From an uncultured Coriobacteriaceae bacterium (GTDB lineage Bacteria > Actinomycetota > Coriobacteriia > Coriobacteriales > CADBOM01), in NCBI GenBank assembly GCA_902796325.1, contig CADBOM010000150.1, positions 2,850 through 66,849 on the forward strand: a stretch of 64,000 nucleotides of DNA, given 5' to 3'. Both the position numbers and the translations under genes were made by a program. Below, piece by piece: positions 9,620 to 18,129 of the stretch (position 1 is its first letter; each line of letters starts with the position of its first letter). The notes below the pieces were generated by a model. It made no database searches and was not told the DNA's origin. It saw only the letters and a list, made by a program, of their open reading frames with translations.

Positions 9620-10978
9620 CTACTCCGCAGGAGACTCGGTGCGCGATTCGAGCATTTTAAGAGCCTCGAGCACGGTTTGCTCCCTAACCTCTTGCCTCGA
9701 TCCAGAGAAATGGCACACATGGGCCTCGGCCGGCCCCCTGCCGGCGATACCAAACCATACCGTTCCAGCTGGCTTGCCCTCGCTAAAGCCAGGACCCGCA
9801 ACCCCCGTTACGGCAACGGCTACGGCGTGCGAGTCGTCGTACCCGCCGAGAACAGAGCGTCTTGCCCCTTCGGCCATTTGCAGTGCAACCTGCTCGCTCA
9901 CGGCGCCATATTGGCTCAGAGATTCATGGGAGACCCCAAGCTCGGCTTCCTTTACGTCATACGAATAGCTGATCACTCCGCCCTCGAATGCATCCGAAGA
10001 GCCGGGTATCGCGGTTATTCGAGCCCCGATGAGACCGCCAGTGCACGACTCGGCGGTTGCAAGGTGAATGCCCTTCTCACGAGCAGCTTCAAGCAACCTT
10101 TCGGCAGTCTTAGTTTGCTGCAGCGCAATTTCGGCTTCGCAAACAGCATCGCCGGATTCTGCGGTAACGACAGCGCTGGAACCTGCGGAAGCGGCGTTGG
10201 CCTTTGCTGGTTCGGCTGCTACAGCGATGTTCCCGGCTGCAGCAGCATCGGCGGTGCCGTTGAAGATCGAAGCAGCCTGCATGAAGTATTGCAGCATGGA
10301 GATGATTGTCATGAGCAACGCAGCCGACATGACAATCCACGACAGCACATATATAACAGTGTATGTTTGAGCGCCTAAGGCCATCACCGTCGAACTTCGC
10401 TTGATGATGAACATGAGGATGGCAACGAGCGTGAGGGCGGTTTTTACCTTTCCCGACTTGCGGGCGGCAATCACGACGCCCTTCGTGGCCGCTATCATGC
10501 GGATTCCCTGTACCAGGAACTCCCTTGCGATGATGATCAGCACAGGCCAGCTGGGAAGATCACCAAGTTCGATGAGAGCCAGAAGAGCTGCTACCACCAA
10601 GAGCTTGTCGGCAATTGGGTCGAGGAATTTTCCGAACGACGTTACCTGGTTTCGACTTCTGGCGACGTAACCGTCGATTCCGTCCGTTAGAGCCAAAATC
10701 GCATAGACCACAGCCGCCACCCATGGCTTTATCGCATATTCGAAATATTGCGCGTCCTGCACGTTTGGGCCATAGAACCATTGGGGCCATGGCGCGAGCA
10801 TGATGACCACGAAGACAGGTATCAGAAGTATTCTTGCGATGGTTATGTAATTCGCCGTGGTTTTCCACTCAGCTTTTACGGCGTTATCGCTGTTACCGTT
10901 GCTCAAATTTGAACGTCCCCCTCGAGGTCGTATCCAATAGCGCCCGTTATCTTCACCGGCACGATAGTCCCCAAGCAC
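9620..10978 (-). CDS. pgsA: Fusion protein: CDP-diacylglycerol-glycerol-3-phosphate 3-phosphatidyltransferase (PgsA) plus CinA C-terminal (PncC-type NMN deamidase) domain
   Basis: The N-terminal half has the CDP-alcohol transferase motif DGIDGYVARSRNQVTSFGKFLDPIADK and several TM segments. An Ala-rich linker follows. The C-terminal half has LATAESCTGGLIGARITAIPGSSDAFEGGVISYS. A likelier start is the TTG at 10906, which overlaps the rimO TGA in a TTGA arrangement. Confidence 0.8.
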   Translation of the reverse strand: MLGDYRAGEDNGRYWIRPRGGRSNLSNGNSDNAVKAEWKTTANYITIARILLIPVFVVIMLAPWPQWFYGPNVQDAQYFEYAIKPWVAAVVYAILALTDGIDGYVARSRNQVTSFGKFLDPIADKLLVVAALLALIELGDLPSWPVLIIIAREFLVQGIRMIAATKGVVIAARKSGKVKTALTLVAILMFIIKRSSTVMALGAQTYTVIYVLSWIVMSAALLMTIISMLQYFMQAASIFNGTADAAAAGNIAVAAEPAKANAASAGSSAVVTAESGDAVCEAEIALQQTKTAERLLEAAREKGIHLATAESCTGGLIGARITAIPGSSDAFEGGVISYSYDVKEAELGVSHESLSQYGAVSEQVALQMAEGARRSVLGGYDDSHAVAVAVTGVAGPGFSEGKPAGTVWFGIAGRGPAEAHVCHFSGSRQEVREQTVLEALKMLESRTESPAE

Positions 10979-12675
10979 GATTCAGGCGCATCGAAGGTGA
11001 TGATGCTGTCGACATCTGGAGCCTGAAACTGTGCCCTGCCCCACATGCGAACATATCCGGGTTTTGCAGGCTTAGATTCCGCCTTCCCGACCCCCATGCC
11101 TACGCCTGACACGCTGTATTCAGCTTCAGCTTGCGCGCTGTTATCCACTTTAATATTGGCTGCGGCGTTCGAATGTTCGGAATCTGCAAATTCTTCGCCG
11201 CGAGCGCTAGAAATATCCACTCTCGAATCTGGATTCGAATCCACACCCGAATTCGGACTCGAATCCACTCCCGAATCCATATTCGAATCCACTCCAGAAC
11301 CCACGCTCGAATCCTCGTTCGAAAACCGTGCACCTGCAGCTGCCGCTCCACCCAAATTCGAAGAGACGGCCGTTCTGGGCGCATTGTTGATGTTGTCGTA
11401 CTGCGCGCTACCGGTGCCCCTGGGACGAAACTCCTCGTCAAGGAGAAATTCGTCTGCCAGGTCATCCGACCCATCGTCAATACCGCACACGAGCACGTCA
11501 TATATGTTGCCAACTCTAGCGCTTGCCCTTGAAAAACCGTTAACATCGGCGGCATCTCTCACGCGCTGAGCTCTCTGTTCTGAGATTTCGTGCGGCACCT
11601 GGTCTTCGCGCTCCCCGGCAACCGTCCCGTCTTCACGAGAGTATTCGAACACCCCCGCGTAATCAAAGTCGGCAGACTCGATGAAGTCCACAAGTTCCTG
11701 CGCGTCTTCGTCGGTCTCCCCCGGAAATCCGCTTATCATGGTGGTTCTTATCGTTATCCCGTCGACCATCCTGCGCACATGATTCAGAAGTTCGAGATAT
11801 TCGTGCCCCGAACCCTTGCGATTCATGTCGTGGATTATTCTTGCACTCGCATGCTGCAATGGTATGTCTAGGTAACTGCAAACATTGTCGTAGTCGCGTA
11901 TGACGCTCAGAAGCTCGTCGCTCGTTCGCTCCGGCTGAAGGTACATGACCCTTATCCATGTGTTGGGGAACGTCTGGGCAATGCAGCGCATGAGGTTTGC
12001 AAGGCTGGGGCTCTCGAGCGGGGCGTACTCGGACGGGTCGCTCAGGTCGTCGCCCCAAATTCCCGTATCCTGTCCGATCAGCACAATCTCGCGGGTTCCG
12101 TTTTTCACGAGATAGTCAATCTCTTCGATAATCTCGCTTGCATGCCTGCTAAAGTACCGTCCGCGTATGTAGGGAATCGTGCAGAAAGAGCAGAATCTGT
12201 CGCAACCATCCGAGATCTTTACATACGCATAGGGCGCCTGAACGGTTCGTGCCTCTTCCATGTAAGCCGAGGGCTTGTAGCCAAGAATGTCGCTCAAGAT
12301 CTTGACGATGCTGCCCTCGTCGTCAACATTTACGAAGGCGTCGACCTCCGGCATCTCTTGCGCAAGCTCTTCCCCGTATCTTGAGGGCATGCAGCCCGAG
12401 ACCACGATCTTGGGTCCGTCTCCTCCAAGCTCTATGGCATCGTCTCTGGCGGCAGCAACCTCGAGGATAACGTCGATGGATTCCTGGGTAGCCTCGGTGA
12501 TAAAGGAACAGGTGTTCACGACCACGACATCTGGATCGAGATCCTGCTGCCCCTTTCCCTCAACCACGAACCCAGCGGACTCCAGCTGAGCACGCATGGC
12601 ATCGGTGTCGACCTCGTTCTTTGCGCATCCCATGGTTATAAACCGCACTATTGGCGCACGTTGCACTGTTTGCAT
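10903..12675 (-). CDS. rimO: Ribosomal protein S12 methylthiotransferase RimO with a large low-complexity insertion in the TRAM domain
   Basis: 590 aa. N-terminal FITMGCAKNEVDTDAM, radical-SAM CDRFCSFC, C-terminal TRAM remnants (GNIYDVLVCG ... WGRAQFQAPDVD ... GYDLEG). Confidence 0.8.
   Translation of the reverse strand: MQTVQRAPIVRFITMGCAKNEVDTDAMRAQLESAGFVVEGKGQQDLDPDVVVVNTCSFITEATQESIDVILEVAAARDDAIELGGDGPKIVVSGCMPSRYGEELAQEMPEVDAFVNVDDEGSIVKILSDILGYKPSAYMEEARTVQAPYAYVKISDGCDRFCSFCTIPYIRGRYFSRHASEIIEEIDYLVKNGTREIVLIGQDTGIWGDDLSDPSEYAPLESPSLANLMRCIAQTFPNTWIRVMYLQPERTSDELLSVIRDYDNVCSYLDIPLQHASARIIHDMNRKGSGHEYLELLNHVRRMVDGITIRTTMISGFPGETDEDAQELVDFIESADFDYAGVFEYSREDGTVAGEREDQVPHEISEQRAQRVRDAADVNGFSRASARVGNIYDVLVCGIDDGSDDLADEFLLDEEFRPRGTGSAQYDNINNAPRTAVSSNLGGAAAAGARFSNEDSSVGSGVDSNMDSGVDSSPNSGVDSNPDSRVDISSARGEEFADSEHSNAAANIKVDNSAQAEAEYSVSGVGMGVGKAESKPAKPGYVRMWGRAQFQAPDVDSIITFDAPESCLGTIVPVKITGAIGYDLEGDVQI
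11222..11330. repeat. 12 bp-period tandem repeat inside rimO
   Basis: Units cgaatccacacc / cgaattcggact / cgaatccactcc / cgaatccatatt and so on. They encode SGVD/SNMD/SSPN/SNPD tetrapeptide repeats. Confidence 0.8.
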
Positions 12676-12830
12676 TCGGATTAGCTCCTGCTTAAGTAGC
12701 GCGTTCTAGCTCGCGTCAGGCACGTGGTCTAGAAACGTTGTGTAATCTGGCAATGCCTTCGGTTCTCGGGTCTTAGGACTTTGCACCCTTTGCACCACGC
12801 CACGCCGACGTGGCTCCACCTGCAGGTGCC

Positions 12831-13328
12831 CTACCTGTAGTTTGTGAACTGCAGGGGCAGTCCGTAATCCTGCTCGCGCAAAAACGCGATCACATCCTGC
12901 AAGGTATCTCTGCTTGGAGACGACACCCTGAGCTTATCTCCCTCGATAGTCACCTTGGCCTTGAACTTCTGGGCCTTGATGTCCTTGTTTATCTTGCGGG
13001 AGGTGTCTTGGTCTATGCCAGCCACTATGGTTCCAACCACTCTAACGGTCATACCGCTTGCACTTTGAGGATCGGCCCATTTGATGGCTCCAAGATCCAC
13101 CTTGCGCTTCACGAGGCGGCTCTTCAGAACATCGATTACCTGGTTGGCAACGAACTCGCTTGGAGCCTGAACGGTGATAACTCCGGCCGTTTTATCCAAG
13201 TCTATCGTGGAGCCGCTGTCCTTCAGGTCGTAGCGCTGGGTAAGCTCCTTCTTGGTTTGCTGATAAGCGTTGTCGACTTCCTGAATATCGACTTCCGATA
13301 CGATGTCGAAGCTGTTGTCCTTGGCCAT
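12831..13328 (-). CDS. yajQ: YajQ family nucleotide (c-di-GMP)-binding protein
   Basis: 165 aa. MAKDNSFDIVSEVDIQEVDNA is the typical YajQ/UPF0234 N-terminus. Confidence 0.85.
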   Translation of the reverse strand: MAKDNSFDIVSEVDIQEVDNAYQQTKKELTQRYDLKDSGSTIDLDKTAGVITVQAPSEFVANQVIDVLKSRLVKRKVDLGAIKWADPQSASGMTVRVVGTIVAGIDQDTSRKINKDIKAQKFKAKVTIEGDKLRVSSPSRDTLQDVIAFLREQDYGLPLQFTNYR

Positions 13329-13587
13329 GTGTCTCTCCTAATTGCGTCGGACCCGTCATACCTTCCCGCACCCGGATTAAGCGCCCCACTGTTCGCTCAG
13401 ATGAAGCACGATGGATAAACCTATAAGCGCAGTGGTCTAAACTGGGTTTGCAACCGCCGGCATCTGCAAGAATCGCAGATAAGCGCACAGCGCGTTCGGT
13501 TATCATTCTGTTTAGTATAAAACAGGCTGGTTTGCAGCCCAAATGCAAGATGGCGAACAGACAACTTACAAACAGTTGGGAGAAATA

Positions 13588-15138
13588 ATGGCTCGTGGAG
13601 ACAACCGTTATCTAGACACCCGTGGGAACATGGACGAAACGCTTTCGTTCACGCAAGCGATCATCAAGGGCCTTGCCCCGGGAGGAGGTCTTCTGGTTCC
13701 ACAAAACGTCCCGACCCTCACCCTCGACGAGATACTGGGGCTCGCGAGCATGAAGTATGCCGACCGTGCTGCCTTTGTGTTCAAGAAGTTCGATATCGAT
13801 CTTCCGGACGAGACCATAGACTCTCTCATGCACATCGCATATAGCGATAATTTCGACGACGAGCGCATCGCTCCGATTCAGAAGGTCGCAGACGACAAAT
13901 ATGTGATGGAGCTCTGGCACGGGCCCACGAGCGCCTTCAAGGACATGGCCCTGCAGTGCCTCCCGGTTTTCTTCTCCAAGGCAATCGAGGTTCTTCGCGA
14001 GAACGGCGAAGCCGAGGAGGACTTCCTCATTCTGGTTGCAACTTCCGGAGACACCGGAAAGGCGGCGCTCGAGGGCTTCAAGGACCGCGACCACATCAAG
14101 ATCATGGTGTTCTACCCGCATGGCGGCGTTAGCGACATCCAGTTCAAGCAGATGGCAACCCAGAAGGGTACAAACGTTAACGTGCTGGGCGGCCAGGGCG
14201 ATTTCGACGATTGCCAAACCTCGGTAAAGCGCACGTTCAACGACGCAGAGTTTAACGAGCACATCAAGAAGGACTTCAACTTCAAGCTTTCGAGCGCGAA
14301 CTCCATCAACTGGGGACGCTTGCTCCCCCAGATCGTTTACTACATCAGCGGATATTCACAAATGGTTGCGGATGGCGCGGTGAAGGCTGGAGAGTCCATC
14401 GACATCTGCGTGCCAACCGGAAACTTCGGCAACATTCTCGCAGCCTACTATGCAAAGCAGATGGGAGTTCCGGTTGCCAAGCTCATCTGCGCAAGCAACG
14501 TTAACAAGGTGCTCACCGACTTCATCAATACCGGAGTCTACGATATTTCTAACAGAAGCCTGGTTCTCACCCCGTCCCCTTCCATGGACATTCTGGTTTC
14601 GAGCAACCTCGAGAGACAGCTGTTCGAGCTTACCGGGCGCGACGGTGCTCAGATCAAAGCCTGGATGGACTCCCTCATGAAGGATGGAAAGTTCGAGGTC
14701 GATCCGGATACCCGCGACAAGATGAAAGAGCTGTTCGCAGCAGGATACGCCACCAATGACGAATGCCTGAGCACCATCAAGAGCGTCTACGAGGATTACG
14801 ATTACCTCATGGACCCGCACACAGCAGTTGCCTGGAAGGTTGCAAGCGAGGTTGAGACCACCCATCCGGTGCTCATCGCCTCCACTGCACATTGGGCCAA
14901 GTTCGGGTTCGATGTTTACAGGGCCATCAACGGGCTCCCCGCAGGCTCCGAGCTTCCCGAAGAGGTTACCAGCCTAACCGGAGCACAGTTGAACAGGCTC
15001 ATCGCCGACAAAACCGGAGGCCGCAAGGTTCCCGCAGGACTCGATGCGCTAGACGACATGGAGCTCAGGTTCACCGATGTGTGCCCGGCAACCAAGGAAG
15101 GCGTGGAGGACCAGGTCGACTCCTTCTTGAGGGCATAG
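13588..15138 (+). CDS. thrC: Threonine synthase (long form)
   Basis: PLP-lysine context SAFKDMALQ and SGDTGKAA. The start at 13588 is preceded by GGGAGAA. Confidence 0.9.
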   Translation: MARGDNRYLDTRGNMDETLSFTQAIIKGLAPGGGLLVPQNVPTLTLDEILGLASMKYADRAAFVFKKFDIDLPDETIDSLMHIAYSDNFDDERIAPIQKVADDKYVMELWHGPTSAFKDMALQCLPVFFSKAIEVLRENGEAEEDFLILVATSGDTGKAALEGFKDRDHIKIMVFYPHGGVSDIQFKQMATQKGTNVNVLGGQGDFDDCQTSVKRTFNDAEFNEHIKKDFNFKLSSANSINWGRLLPQIVYYISGYSQMVADGAVKAGESIDICVPTGNFGNILAAYYAKQMGVPVAKLICASNVNKVLTDFINTGVYDISNRSLVLTPSPSMDILVSSNLERQLFELTGRDGAQIKAWMDSLMKDGKFEVDPDTRDKMKELFAAGYATNDECLSTIKSVYEDYDYLMDPHTAVAWKVASEVETTHPVLIASTAHWAKFGFDVYRAINGLPAGSELPEEVTSLTGAQLNRLIADKTGGRKVPAGLDALDDMELRFTDVCPATKEGVEDQVDSFLRA

Positions 15139-15212
15139 GATTTCGTATCGTTGGATTTCGGAGCGCCGAACCTGGCAATCATTTTGGGACAACAGGGAGC
15201 ATAGGAGCAATC

Positions 15213-15575
15213 ATGGGAGAGTACGACAAGCTTTCCGTTGACTTGAGAATCACCATCGTTGCAAACGGAAGCAGGTCCGAAGGCAGCCTTGGCAAGGGCG
15301 TGGTTGAGCTTCTCCAGGGAATTATCGACAAGGGATCCCTCAACCAAGCCGCAAAATCTATCGGCATGGCCTACAGCAAGGCCTGGAGAATCGTGAAGGA
15401 GACGGAAGCTGGATTCGGATTCCTGCTCATCAACAGGGACGGTGCACGTGGATCGACCCTCACGAAGGAGGGCGAGCAGCTCGTGAGCATCTATCACAAG
15501 GTGCAGCGTGACGCCAACGAATACGCAAATTCCAGATTTTCTGAAGAAGTTGCAAAGCTAAAAGATGCCGAATAG
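15213..15575 (+). CDS. ModE N-terminal-like winged-helix DNA-binding protein (no molybdate-binding domain)
   Basis: 120 aa. SLNQAAKSIGMAYSKAWRIVKETEAGFGFLLINRDGARGSTLTKEG resembles the ModE/LysR-type HTH. ATG at 15213 follows AGGAGCAA. Confidence 0.6.
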   Translation: MGEYDKLSVDLRITIVANGSRSEGSLGKGVVELLQGIIDKGSLNQAAKSIGMAYSKAWRIVKETEAGFGFLLINRDGARGSTLTKEGEQLVSIYHKVQRDANEYANSRFSEEVAKLKDAE

Positions 15576-15663
15576 CCGAGCAATCAATAAGCCGCAAAAC
15601 AGCAATGCCCAACTAGTTGGCACGAAACCGCCAAGGCGGCAACCGTCATAGAGGCAAAAAACC

Positions 15664-15710
15664 AATTCCCAGGACCAGCCATGAAATTTGATCCGGCTGT
15701 CCTGGGAATT
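15664..15710 (+). promoter_or_regulatory. Strong hairpin upstream of the hydrogenase operon
   Basis: aattcccaggaccagcc / ggctgtcctgggaatt forms a 16-17 bp stem with one bulge and a 14 nt loop. No U-run follows. Confidence 0.5.
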
Positions 15711-15761
15711 CGGCTGTATTAGAACGAATTGGGAAAGGAAAGAGGGAGATAACGGAAGCTG

Positions 15762-16241
15762 ATGGAAAGCAACTTTGATTTCTCGCAGATAGACGAGATC
15801 CTAGACAGGCGCGGTCGCACACCGCAAGCTACGATCGCGATACTCCAGGACATCCAGGAGCTGTACAACTACCTGCCGCACGAGGTTTTCCCTTATATTG
15901 CCAAGGCCCTTGGCATAGGTGATGCGAAGCTCTACGGCGTGGCAACCTTCTACAAGAACTTCTCGCTCGAGCCCAAGGGCAAGTGCATCATCCACTGCTG
16001 CGATGGAACCGCGTGCCATGTTCGCGGCTCCATGCCGGTGCTCTCGGCAGTTCGAAAGGAGCTTGGGCTCAAGGACGGTCAGGCAACCACAGACGACGGG
16101 AGGTTCACGGTAGAAACCGTGGCCTGCCTTGGTGCATGCGGACTGGCGCCGGTTCTCACCGTTGACGGCGAGGTTCACCCGAACATGACGCCGGAAAAAG
16201 TGGCCAGCCTGGTTGCAGACCTTAAGGAGAAGATCGACTGA
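15762..16241 (+). CDS. hydC: [FeFe]-hydrogenase NuoE-like [2Fe-2S] subunit
   Basis: 159 aa. Thioredoxin-like 2Fe-2S cysteines in CCDGTACHVRG ... CLGACGLAP. Confidence 0.85.
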   Translation: MESNFDFSQIDEILDRRGRTPQATIAILQDIQELYNYLPHEVFPYIAKALGIGDAKLYGVATFYKNFSLEPKGKCIIHCCDGTACHVRGSMPVLSAVRKELGLKDGQATTDDGRFTVETVACLGACGLAPVLTVDGEVHPNMTPEKVASLVADLKEKID

Positions 16242-18127
16242 TGGAGAAGCTCAAGAACAGGGAGGATCTTTCAAACCTGCGTAGAAAATGCATCGAGAGC
16301 GCAGCCGCTCAGAAGACCAAGGTGATGGTGTGCGGTGGAACGGGATGCGTTGCCAGCGGCTCCATGCAGGTGTACGAGCAGATGCAACAGACCATGAAAA
16401 ACCATGGCCTGGACGTGGAAGTCGAGCTAGTAGAAGATCACTGCGGAAGCAACCCAGTTGGCCTCAACCTGAGCGGATGCATAGGAATATGCGAGCTTGG
16501 ACCACTGGTGCGCATAGAACCGCAAGGATGGCTGTACTTCAAGGTAAAGCCAGGAGACTGCGAAGAGATAGTCGAGCGCAGCGTCATCGCCGGCGAACCA
16601 GTTGAAAGGCTGGCCTACAGCGAGAACGGCAAGGTGTTCCTAAAGCAGGAGGACGTTCCGTTCTACAAGAAGCAGAAAAGAGTGGTTTTGGAGCACTGCG
16701 GCCATGCAAGCGCGCTCTCCATCAAGGGATACATAGCCTTGGGCGGATATTCGTCGCTCGAAAAAGCACTCTTCGACATGACCGGAGACGAGATAATCGA
16801 CGAAATTTCGAAGTCTAAGCTCAGAGGACGAGGAGGCGGAGGCTTTCCCGCCGGCAGGAAATGGAAGCAGGTTAGCCAGCAAGCCGAAACCGAGCGCTAC
16901 GTGGTATGCAACGGTGACGAAGGCGACCCCGGAGCCTTCATGGACCAGAGCGTGATGGAGGGAGACCCGCACAGGCTTCTCGAGGGCATGGCCATAGCAG
17001 GAATCGCAGTTGGTGCAAAGGTCGGATACATATATGTGCGAGCCGAGTACCCGCTGGCGGTGAAGAGGCTGCAAAACGCCATTAGGCAGGCGAACGAGCT
17101 TGGGTTGCTTGGAAGCAACATCCTTGGATCTGGCGTTGACTTCGAAATTCGCATCAACCGCGGAGCAGGCGCATTCGTTTGCGGAGAGGGTTCTGCCCTC
17201 ACCGCGTCGATAGAGGGAAAGCGCGGTATGCCCAGGGTAAAACCGCCAAGGACCACCGAGAAGGGCCTCTTCGGAAAGCCGACGGTGCTTAACAACGTGG
17301 AGACCTTCGCCAACGTTCCATCGATCGTGGAGAAGGGCTCGGACTGGTTCTGCTCCATCGGAACCGAGAAAAGCCCAGGAACCAAGGCGTTCGCGCTAAC
17401 CGGTGACATATGCCACACGGGCCTTATCGAAGTTCCAATGGGCACAACGCTGCGCGAGGTCATCTTCGATATCGGCGGCGGAATGCGCGACGGAGCCGAG
17501 TTCAAGGCAGTGCAGATCGGCGGCCCATCCGGCGGATGCCTCGATTCCGACGACCTCGATGCGCCGCTTGACTTCGACTCGCTATCGGAACGCGGGGCAA
17601 TCATAGGTTCCGGCGGACTCGTGGTCATGAGCCAGAAAACCTGCATGGTAGAGGTAGCCAGGTTCTTCATGAGCTTCACCCAACGCGAGTCCTGCGGAAA
17701 ATGCGTGCCCTGCCGCGAGGGAACGAAGCGCATGCTCGAGATACTCGAGCGAATCGTCCATGGAGACGGGCGCGAGGGCGATATCGAGAGGCTGGAGGAT
17801 CTGGCAGATACAGTCTCCCACACATCCCTCTGCGGACTTGGAAAGACAGCACCCTCACCTGTTTCGAGCACGATCGCCAAGTTCAGAGACGAGTACGAGG
17901 CCCATATCAGGGACCACAGGTGCCCGGCGGGAGCCTGCACGGACCTCATGAACTATGTCATAGACCCCAACCTATGCAAGGGCTGCTCCAAGTGCTCCAG
18001 GATTTGCCCCGCCAATGCGATATCCGGGAAGCTCAAGAAGCCATATACCATAGACACCTCGCTCTGCATACGCTGCGGAGCTTGCATGGATGCGTGCAAT
18101 TTTGGCGCCATCAGAAGGGAGGCCTAG
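16241..18127 (+). CDS. hydB: [FeFe]-hydrogenase NuoF-like NADH/FMN/Fe-S subunit
   Basis: 628 aa. GRGGGGFPAGRKW, ESCGKCVPCREG, an N-terminal 2Fe-2S thioredoxin-like domain and a C-terminal 2x[4Fe-4S] ferredoxin (CKGCSKCSRICP, CIRCGACMDAC). Confidence 0.9.
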   Translation: MEKLKNREDLSNLRRKCIESAAAQKTKVMVCGGTGCVASGSMQVYEQMQQTMKNHGLDVEVELVEDHCGSNPVGLNLSGCIGICELGPLVRIEPQGWLYFKVKPGDCEEIVERSVIAGEPVERLAYSENGKVFLKQEDVPFYKKQKRVVLEHCGHASALSIKGYIALGGYSSLEKALFDMTGDEIIDEISKSKLRGRGGGGFPAGRKWKQVSQQAETERYVVCNGDEGDPGAFMDQSVMEGDPHRLLEGMAIAGIAVGAKVGYIYVRAEYPLAVKRLQNAIRQANELGLLGSNILGSGVDFEIRINRGAGAFVCGEGSALTASIEGKRGMPRVKPPRTTEKGLFGKPTVLNNVETFANVPSIVEKGSDWFCSIGTEKSPGTKAFALTGDICHTGLIEVPMGTTLREVIFDIGGGMRDGAEFKAVQIGGPSGGCLDSDDLDAPLDFDSLSERGAIIGSGGLVVMSQKTCMVEVARFFMSFTQRESCGKCVPCREGTKRMLEILERIVHGDGREGDIERLEDLADTVSHTSLCGLGKTAPSPVSSTIAKFRDEYEAHIRDHRCPAGACTDLMNYVIDPNLCKGCSKCSRICPANAISGKLKKPYTIDTSLCIRCGACMDACNFGAIRREA

Positions 18128-18129
18128 GC

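Noticed and set aside
9348-9968. 206 aa + strand ORF in the recA upstream region.
   Set aside because: It overlaps the cinA-domain coding region in antisense, has no motif content, and starts inside the recA promoter/LexA box.
14892-15575. 227 aa ORF overlapping the 3' end of thrC.
   Set aside because: The N-terminal 107 residues overlap thrC and are Arg-rich. The ModE-like domain begins at the internal ATG at 15213, which has its own RBS.
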